This document shows, piece by piece, positions 30,001-39,350 of a stretch of DNA of 64,000 nucleotides. Position numbers and translations under genes: made by a program. The notes under the pieces were generated by a model. It had not been told where the DNA came from, ran no database searches, and was given only the letters and a program-made list of their open reading frames with translations. Positions within the stretch are counted from its first letter, which is position 1; the number at the start of each line of letters is the position of its first letter. Source of the stretch: Balanoglossus misakiensis (lineage: Eukaryota > Animalia > Hemichordata); contig CM082596.2 of the NCBI GenBank assembly GCA_040954595.2, positions 10,436,461 through 10,500,460 of the forward strand, given 5' to 3'.

Positions 30001-33000
30001 TTTGAAAAAATCATGGGTTACGGATCACGAAAATCATCCAAAAATGAAAATTTTTCGACTTTATGAAAGTTCAAAATTTCAGCATTCTTTGAAAAAATCA
30101 TGGGTTACGACTCACGAAAATCGTCAAAAAATGACAATTTTTCAACTTTTCGAAAGTTTAAAATTTTATGCATTTTTTGAAAAAAAATCATGGGTTACGG
30201 CTCACGAAAATCGTCAAAAAATGAAAATTTTTCAACTTTTCGAAAGTTCAAAATTTTATGCATTTTTTGAAAAAAAATCATGGGTCACGGCTCACGAAAA
30301 AAGTCCAAAAATGACAATTTTTCGACTTTGCGAAAGTTCAAAATTTCCTTTTTTCGAAAAAAATCATGGATCACGGCTCACGAAAATCGTCCAAAAATGA
30401 CAATTTTTCTACTTTACGAAAGTTCAAAATTTCTTCATTTTTTGAAAAAAAATCACGGGTTATGGCTCACGAAAATCGTCCAAAAATGACAATTTTTCGA
30501 CTTTATGAAAGTTAAAAATTTCTGCATTTTTTGAAAAAATCATGGGTTACGGATCACGAAAATCATCCAAAAATGAAAATTTTTCGACTTTATGAAAGTT
30601 CAAAATTTCAGCATTCTTTGAAAAAATCATGGGTTACGGCTCACGAAAATCGTCAAAAAATGACAATTTTTCAACTTTTCGAAAGTTTAAAATTTTATGC
30701 ATTTTTTGAAAAAAAATCATGGGTCACGGCTCACGAAAATAGTCCAAAAATGACAATTTTTCGACTTTACGAAAGTTCAAAATTTCCTTTTTTTGAAAAA
30801 AAATCATGGGTCACGGCTCACGAAAATCGTCCAAAAATGACAATTTTTTCGACTTTGCGAAAGTTCTAAATTTCTGCATTTTTTTGAAAAAAATCATGGG
30901 TCACGGCTCACGAAAATCGTCCAAAAATGACAATTTTTCGACTTTGCGAAAGTTCAAAATTTCCTTTTTTGTAAAAAATCATTTGTCACGGCTCACGAAA
31001 ATCATCCAAAAATGAAAATTTTTTGACTTTGCGAAAGTTCAAAATTTCTTCATTTTTTGAAAAACATCATGGGTTACGGCTCACGAAAATCGTCCAAAAA
31101 TGACAATTTTTCGACTTTGCGAAATTCAAAATTTCTGCATTTTTTTTGAAAAAAATCATGGGTCACGGCTCACGAAAAAAGTCCAAAAATGACAATTTTT
31201 CGACTTTGCGAAATTCAAAATTTCTGCATTTTTTTTGAAAAAGATCATGGGTCACGGCTCACGAAAATCGTCCAAAAATGACAATTTTTCTACTTTGCGA
31301 AAGTTCAAAATTTCTGCATTTTTTGAAAAAAAATCATGGGTTACGGCTCACGAAAATCGTCAAAAAATGACAATTTTTCAACTTTTCGAAAGTTCAAAAT
31401 TTTATGCATTTTTTGAAAAAAAATCATGGGTTACGGCTCACGAAAATCGTCAAAAAATGACAATTTTTCAACTTTGCGAAAGTTCAAAATTTCCTTTTTT
31501 CGAAAAAAATCATGGATCACGGCTCACGAAAATCGTCCAAAAATGACAATTTTTCTACTTTACAAAAGTTCAAAATTTCTTCATTTTTTGAAAAAAAAAT
31601 CATGGGTTATGGCTCACGAAAATCGTCCAAAAATGACAATTTTTCGACTTTATGAAAGTTAAAAATTTCTGCATTTTTTGAAAAAATCATGGGTTACGGA
31701 TCACGAAAATCATCCAAAAATGAAAATTTTTCGACTTTATGAAAGTTCAAAATTTCAGCATTCTTTGAAAAAATCATGGGTTACGGCTCACGAAAATCGT
31801 CAAAAAATGACAATTTTTCAACTTTTCGAAAGTTTAAAATTTTATGCATTTTTTGAAAAAAAATCATGGGTTACGGCTCACGAAAATCGTCAAAAAATGA
31901 AAATTTTTCAACTTTTCGAAAGTTCAAAATTTTATGCATTTTTTGAAAAAAAATCATGGGTCACGGCTCACGAAAAAAGTCCAAAAATGACAATTTTTCG
32001 ACTTTGCGAAAGTTCAAAATTTCCTTTTTTCGAAAAAAATCATGGATCACGGCTCACGAAAATCGTCCAAAAATGACAATTTTTCTACTTTACGAAAGTT
32101 CAAAATTTCTTCATTTTTTGAAAAAAAATCATGGGTTATGGCTCACGAAAATCGTCCAAAAATGACAATTTTTCGATTTTATGAAAGTTAAAAATTTCTG
32201 CATTTTTTGAAAAAATCATGGGTTACGGATCACGAAAATCATCCAAAAATGAAAATTTTTCGACTTTATGAAAGTTCAAAATTTCAGCATTCTTTGAAAA
32301 AATCATGGGTTACGGCTCACGAAAATCGTCAAAAAATGACAATTTTTCAACTTTTCGAAAGTTTAAAATTTTATGCATTTTTTGAAAAAAAATCATGGGT
32401 TACGGCTCACGAAAATCGTCAAAAAATGACAATTTTTCAACTTTTCGAAAGTTCAAAATTTTATGCATTTTTTGAAAAAAAATCATGGGTCACGGCTCAC
32501 GAAAATCGTCCAAAAATGACAATTTTTTCGACTTTGCGAAAGTTCTAAATTTCTGCATTTTTTTGAAAAAAATCATGGGTCACGGCTCACGAAAATCGTC
32601 CAAAAATGACAATTTTTCGACTTTGCGAAAGTTCAAAATTTCCTTTTTTGTAAAAAATCATTTGTCACGGCTCACGAAAATCATCCAAAAATGAAAATTT
32701 TTTGACTTTGCGAAAGTTCAAAATTTCTTCATTTTTTGAAAAACATCATGGGTTACGGCTCACGAAAATCGTCCAAAAATGACAATTTTTCGACTTTGCG
32801 AAATTCAAAATTTCTGCATTTTTTTTGAAAAAAATCATGGGTCACGGCTCACGAAAAAAGTCCAAAAATGACAATTTTTCGACTTTGCGAAATTCAAAAT
32901 TTCTGCATTTTTTTTGAAAAAGATCATGGGTCACGGCTCACGAAAATCGTCCAAAAATGACAATTTTTCTACTTTGCGAAAGTTCAAAATTTCTGCATTT

Positions 33001-33732
33001 TTTGAAAAAAAATCATGGGTTACGGCTCACGAAAATCGTCAAAAAATGACAATTTTTCAACTTTTCGAAAGTTCAAAATTTTATGCATTTTTTGAAAAAA
33101 AATCATGGGTTACGGCTCACGAAAATCGTCAAAAAATGACAATTTTTCAACTTTTCGAAAGTTCAAAATTTTATGCATTTTTTGAAAAAAAATCATGGGT
33201 TACGGCTCACGAAAAAAGTCCAAAAATGACAATTTTTCGACTTTGCGAAAGTTCAAAATTTCCTTTTTTCGAAAAAAATCATGGATCACGGCTCACGAAA
33301 ATCGTCCAAAAATGACAATTTTTCTACTTTACAAAAGTTCAAAATTTCTTCATTTTTTGAAAAAAAAATCATGGGTTATGGCTCACGAAAATCGTCCAAA
33401 AATGACAATTTTTCGACTTTATGAAAGTTAAAAATTTCTGCATTTTTTGAAAAAATCATGGGTTACGGATCACGAAAATCATCCAAAAATGAAAATTTTT
33501 CGACTTTATGAAAGTTCAAAATTTCAGCATTCTTTGAAAAAATCATGGGTTACGGCTCACGAAAATCGTCAAAAAATGACAATTTTTCAACTTTTCGAAA
33601 GTTTAAAATTTTATGCATTTTTTGAAAAAAAATCATGGGTTACGGCTCACGAAAATCGTCAAAAAATGACAATTTTTCAACTTTTCGAAAGTTCAAAATT
33701 TTATGCATTTTTTGAAAAAAAATCATGGGTTA
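1..33732 (+). repeat. Tandem satellite DNA, ~88-bp monomer (86-90 bp), left part of array; candidate (peri)centromeric satellite
   Basis: Continuous head-to-tail repeats of consensus CATGGGTCACGGCTCACGAAAATCGTCCAAAAATGACAATTTTTCGACTTTGCGAAAGTTCAAAATTTCTGCATTTTTTGAAAAAAAT (88 nt) with recurring point variants; runs off the left window edge. Confidence 0.98.
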
Positions 33733-33744
33733 CACAGGAAACCC
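33733..33744 (+). repeat. Left terminal inverted repeat CACAGGAAACCC
   Basis: 10/12 match to the reverse complement of the right end (CACAGGGGACCC). Confidence 0.85.
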
Positions 33745-34180
33745 CTTACAGCCCTGTACCATTATCATGTCTGTCACATGGATTTACACAGCCGTGTACC
33801 AGCTATGTTGGCACACAGACTCTGTACCAGCTATGTAAAAAGAAATGATGTTACATATGTGCTTAAATCACTTCTGTAACATACCTTTATTTTACAGCTA
33901 TGTAGTTTGCATGTGTGAAGCTATGAATAAGATGTGTGAGAAAAAGTCCTGTGTCATACCCTTTTTCACACAGCCCTGTACCAGGGGTGTACGTACACAC
34001 GCTGGACCAGTCGTATTTCACACAGCCCTGTACCAGGGGTGTACGTACACACGCTGGACCAGTCGTATTTCACACAGCCCTATAACAGGGGTGTACACAC
34101 GGCTGGACCAGTCGTATTTCACACAGCCCTGTACCAGGGGTGTACACACGGCTGGACCAGTCATACACATGCTGTACTGG
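33745..34180 (+). repeat. Left subterminal repeat region, including 4 tandem copies of a 49-52-bp unit
   Basis: Core ACAGCCCTGTACCA recurs; tandem unit CACAGCCCTGTACCAGGGGTGTAC(GTAC)ACACG(G)CTGGACCAGTC starts at 33969, 34021, 34073, 34122. Subterminal repeats are an established CACTA hallmark. Confidence 0.9.
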
Positions 34181-34216
34181 GGAGTCTCATGATATTTCGT
34201 TTCTTTTAGACAGTTA

Positions 34217-35014
34217 GGCTGCATTCACAAACACCTCTGGAGGGGGGGCGGGAGAATTGAGGGGGGGATTTGAAAAAATTGAGGGTATGTGAGGGGGGGG
34301 ATTTGAAATAATTTAGGGACTGAAAGGGGGGGACTTGAAAACTTTAACGACTAAATATTTATTTTGAGTCCACAAAAATGCAGTTTCGCGCCCTTTATTT
34401 TACAAAATTTTCTCATGTGGGAGGGGGACACCCCCTCCCACACCCACCCCCTCCATTCATCAACACCTTTCAATCATTGACTGGTTTATCTAGTGTCCCA
34501 GGTCAGGGGACTTGCCCCACCCCATGATAACTTTGAGCGCCAACGGTTAAATTTGTCCTCCCCAACATACCTGTAGTTGAGTTAATTTGCTTTTGCCGGG
34601 TTCATTAAAATGCAGCTTTGAGCTCTGTATTTTAGAAAATTTTCTTACGTGCGAGGGGGACACCCCCTCCCAAACCCACCCCCTTCAATTCTCGGTTTAC
34701 AAAGTCTCCAAACACAGAATACAAATATATGTACTTAAAAAATAAAAACAATGTTCAGTTTTAATACCCACTGATGAGGGGAAACATCAGTTTCAAATTC
34801 TTTTCATGGGAGCGCTGTTTTTCTTTTTACAAGATAGATAGGTGATGTGTTTTGCTCTGTGAAAGACAATGGGGGGGGGATTTCAAAATTTTGGCAGTTC
34901 GGAAGGGGGGGATTTGAAAATATTGGCAGTTCGGAAGGGGGGCATGTGAAAATTAGCGGTAAAAAAAATTGAATTCTCCCGCCCCCCCCTCCAGAGGTGT
35001 TTGTGAATGCAGCC
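34217..35014. mobile_element. Non-autonomous PIF/Harbinger-type MITE (798 bp) nested in the EnSpm-like element
   Basis: ~42-bp near-perfect TIRs GGCTGCATTCACAAACACCTCTGGAGGGGGGGCGGGAGAATT; TTA duplicated on both sides (34214-16, 35015-17); no coding capacity; internal GGGGGGATTTGAAA repeats and two GAGGGGGACACCCCCTCCC hairpins. Confidence 0.88.
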
Positions 35015-35888
35015 TTAGTTGTACTTTTATTGGGGTCAAAGGTTACGCCTCAGCTCATACGAACTCAGAGTGCTTGATGTCAAAGGTCAAATCCCTTATT
35101 CAAATCCTCCATGTATTTTTCATTTGACGTGTGCTGCTTTAGCGAAAATATGAGACCATGCCAAATTCAATTAGTTTGACTCCGGGGTTTGTTGACTGCT
35201 CCAGATTGTGAAACCATTGCCAAATACTCCTTATAGTGTTTATAGAGTGCTAGTTCTGCGTCTTTACGGCATTTTGAGGGGATCGACCGACAGTACAGTT
35301 CTTCATTGAAGTATCTTGAGTGATCGCTGTGGAAACGCGTTTCCACAGCTATCACATCCGGCGTCCAAGAGCAAGATGATTGATGACAGTGAAAAACTTT
35401 CAGTACTGCAGGTGAGTGTCACATATTTTGTACTATTTTCATAATCAACTGATAAATGATTTGATTTTTGGTTAATGCTTTTTTTTTTCATTGTGTTACC
35501 TTGCGAATGCAGTTGATAAGCCATATTTACAATACTGTACTAAGTAAGTTGTATCGTTCATCACCTTCTTTGTAGTGACAAGTTCAGAAATTAAACTCAT
35601 TGTTATCTAATAACAAAAACACAAGAACAATAAAGGGCATTCAAGTGAAGAAAAACTTTATTAACATTATTTATGAAAAAGGTGTTATAATTTAAACAAG
35701 CTAAATTAGAAATTTAAATTTAACAATAGAACACAACACAAAGAGAGGAAGCAAACCATCATAAATGATGGACGTAATTTTATTTAATTTGATGATTAGA
35801 AATTTTGTTCAATACAGGCAATGTGAAATCAGTTATTAATTTAATGAGATGACTTTGGATAATTTTTAAAAAATGGGATTTGTTTAAT

Positions 35889-38352
35889 TTAGTGGACAGG
35901 GCGGTCAAAGGTTGGGCTTCTATCATTTAAAATGGGGGAATTAATCGGGGAATAAGGGATCTGGGATTCATTATTGTAGGGATATTTCCTGTCCTCATGA
36001 ATGATACTTTGCCTCCTCTCCTCTGAAATTTCATTAAGGTTGAGACTAATCCTATACTCTTTAAACTGGAAAAAAAAATCGCCATCCTCTTCTTTGTAGG
36101 CATCTCTTGCAAACTGTCTCTGAAAAATACAAAATACAAATGTAGTTTAAAAAAAATAAATGTATGATGTACATAAGAAAGCACCTGTCAAAATATTTAA
36201 AGCAGTGAAGACTCATCCGATTACTTTGGATAAAATTTCAGTGTCTTTGTTGTTTGTGTGCACTAACGTTAATCTTGTTGTTCTGACAAAAATACAAACT
36301 CAAAAAATACCTTAGAATCTGTCTGGTATCAATTTTTAGCCTGTTTTACCTAGATTAGCAGTGAAAGCAATGACAAATCAGGATGAATTTGTGAATAATT
36401 TTGTGACACCAGTGAGATTGTGAATGCATGTGTGTGTGTGTGTGTGGTTATGATGAACATACCAATACTTACCATTATTGCCAGCTCTGATAGGGCTTTG
36501 CTGTCTGCCCTAGCCTTTTTGTTTCTACACATATACAGCATCAATTCGTCAGTATCCATGTTTCTGTATTTGGCCATATTTGGCTCTTTAGCCAGGACCT
36601 TCATGTAAAATGAAAAATAGGGGAACATGAATTAATTAAAGGTACATGTACCCCATAAAATAAAATTGGAAATATTGATTACTATGATCGCATAGTGTCA
36701 GTAGTACATGAAATATATATATCTATCATGCTGATAATTTCGCCTGAATTAAGGTTGTGAAATGCAGCCCGGTTTCACCAAAAGATTCCCTCAATAGCTA
36801 TGCAATATAATTAATGAGAAACATTGATTTCATAACTCTGTGCATGGTAAATGTTTTTCCCATTCCTTTTTTAATGAGCTCTTTTCCTGTACATACCATT
36901 AATGAGTTCATTTGCTATGGGTGTTATAGTCAATTATAATTTTAATACTTTGTTTTATAGTGGGAACAAGTTAATTTTTTATTCAACCTTGCATATTTTG
37001 CAAAATTATCAAAGAAATGCCCATTACCTTTCTCCTTTCCTCCTGACGCCACTGGCAAAATCTTTCTTTGACCCAGGACACCATTTTCTCTTCTCTCCCC
37101 TCGTACTCCCTTGGGGATAGGGCTGCTTTAATTATTTCCTGTAGTGTCGTGAAAAGATACCAGTGTTATGAAGTTGATTCGATAGTTATTCCATGTTATA
37201 AATTACCATGGTCTTTGATTTAAAAGCAAATCGATCATAAGTGATATAATTAGTCCAAAATATGGGCCTTTGTAATAGTAATTATTATATTAAAGATGGC
37301 GAAGTTCAAAGTCAGGTTGGTTCAGGGCATTGAGCTGTAGATGCAAGCTCCGTGTTCAGGGGTGCACCGTCAAATCATGAATATTCATTGTTAAGTTTTT
37401 TTTCATGAATATTCATTGCTTACGTTAGAACGGCTGATCGGGTTTTGCCGAATTGTAGTAGAAATGTGAAGTTTGTTATGTGCCTCAGCATCCTCGCCCG
37501 TGCGAGTGAACGATGGTGCCTCAGTTGTTGAGCACTCGGGCGAATAGCAGAATAGGTGGCTTAAACGTCGCGGTTATTAATAAAATCCGAAGTGGAGCTG
37601 ATACTGGTGTGTTCCTTCGCCGTATCAATCACAGAGTGTTTACTTCCGCATTTTATACCGGGTTCTCTAGCTAATGGCCCTGCTAGGCTACGCAACCTCC
37701 AGGTTACGCGTACGTTCATCGACCGACGCGCGCGCGCGAACGGCGACGCCATATACTCGGAAAATTAATTTAAAAACGCTGAACTGAGCTATAGCTGTCA
37801 TAAAATTCAGTTGTTTTGTTACAATTTTCATTCTCCTATGTAATCCTTGACATTGTTTAACACTTTAACGTGTATACAAATAGCCAAAGACTATTTAAAA
37901 AAAAAAAAAAAAAAAACTTACCCTTGCCCTTTTTGACGAGACCTCTCTGTTTGGACTTTGTAAGTAAACCTTACCAGCAAGTCTTACAAGTTTATCCTTC
38001 AAAATAATAAAACAGGCTAATGTCATTTAGAATTGATATTCACAGATGATTCTCTCCCAAATATAATTTATTATTACAGTATTTTGTTTAATTACGCTAA
38101 ATAGTTCAATGTACCACTACCATCAAATGTGTAATAATTATTTATTCTTACCTCAATGACCGACCCCCTCACAACCCTAAAATGGTCTAACTTGTCCTTT
38201 CTCATTAATGAAAGGGTAGCGCCCAGCTGCTCCGTCGCCTGGTCCAGTTTTTGCTCCATAAGCCCGAGTCTCCGTTCCACGCCGTGTAACCTTTGGCTTA
38301 TGTTATTTACAAAGCCCAGAATTCTTACATTGATATTAGGGTCGGAAGCCAT
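35889..38352 (-). CDS. Transposon accessory gene, 5 exons, 247 aa, N-terminal predicted coiled coil; function unknown
   Basis: Exons 38352-38152, 37996-37922, 37138-37028, 36598-36473, 36119-35889; all introns GT..AG and phase 0; they join into an uninterrupted ORF MASDPNINVRILGFVNNISQRLHGVERRLGLMEQKLDQ...DKLVRLAGKVYLQSPNREVSSKRAR EIIKAALSPREYEGREEKMVSWVKERFCQWRQEERRK VLAKEPNM...SELAIM RQFARDAYKEEDGDFFFQFKEYR...DRPVH*. Confidence 0.82.
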
Positions 38353-38789
38353 CGTGGTTGTGTGCAGAAAAGATTACGAGTGATTACAGTGAGTCGAGTC
38401 GAGTCGTCTGCTGAACGGTAATGTTTACAACGACGTTGCCTAGTACCGAGCTATTAGTAGCTTACATGAGATTTAGATCTTAGGCTCACTTGAGACAGTT
38501 TTGTCCCTATCAGATAATAAGACAATTTCATATTTAATTTTTTATTTCAACTTTTTCAAATAATGCCCACATGTCGAATACATTAAATAATAAAGTATTT
38601 TCGTAAACTATGTAAAACCATTACTTCTGTGGGTTTTAAATTGCAATTCTCCCAACCTCTCTCTGTGACGTCATGTTATTAGTGAGTCGATTATCGTCTG
38701 CTCGTACTTGGGCGCGTAAATTTGCAATGCAGTGTCGTCGTCCAAATCGCCGTGCCGACTGTCAGTGTCGTCGGTGTTGATTCGTGCAG
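38353..38789. promoter_or_regulatory. Putative bidirectional promoter between accessory gene and transposase; possible non-coding first exon of the transposase ending at 38789
   Basis: CpG-containing region between head-to-head genes; two copies of AGTGAGTCGA..TCGTCTGCT (~38388-38412, 38681-38702); CRE palindrome TGACGTCA at 38666-38673; donor-like CAG|GTATT at 38789/90. Confidence 0.5.
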
Positions 38790-39350
38790 GTATTTTCATA
38801 TAATTTCTTATTTCTTATCTTCGCACATATGCAAATGTTTACTTTATCAGAATAGATTGTTCTACGGTCACTACACAACTGACCGTGGTTGCAGTTCGGA
38901 AATTGTGCTGTACGGTACGCTCCGAGCGCTCGAGCGTAACCGACATGTCGATCAGTGTACTGCTGTGAAACTTTGATGAAGGCCGTCGCGCCGATCGCAT
39001 GTTTTGTGTTTAAAGTCTTGTTTATTTTCGATTTAGGCTGGGCTGGCCGAGGTTTTGGTAATGTAAAAATGACATAATTTGATAAAGATCGCCTCAGGCC
39101 ATGAAGGTTGAAGCCGCATTAAAAATTGTTATCGATCGGGTTAAATTTTGCCTACGTCTAGGGTCTATGGTCCCAGGCTGTCTTGACGCTTTTTTGCATT
39201 TCCATGTTTGTTTTGGTCGATCTCTTGTGTCTGCCTCCCATCATTTCTCAAGTTACCGGTCGTAAATTTTGTGACATAATAACCCCATTATGGCCATAAC
39301 CCACACACTTATTTTCAGTCTTACATGTACTTACTATTGCCCCATACAGA

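Noticed and set aside
250-33731. Over a hundred short ORFs (MTIFRLCESSKF..., MGHGSRKSSKND...)
   Set aside because: Translations of the stop-poor 88-bp satellite in shifting frames; homopolymer length changes break frame at random.
33845-34224. ORFs over the left subterminal repeats (likewise 47802-48299 on the right)
   Set aside because: Translations of the repeat motifs; no splice or domain support.
35927-36184. ORF-track protein MLSYVHH...
   Set aside because: Wrong frame; the phase-0 splice from the previous exon uses a different frame (RQFARDAY...) ending at 35889.
36429-36446. (TG)9 microsatellite; also the poly-A run at ~37896-37916
   Set aside because: Ordinary intronic simple repeats; no TSD or retroposon body.
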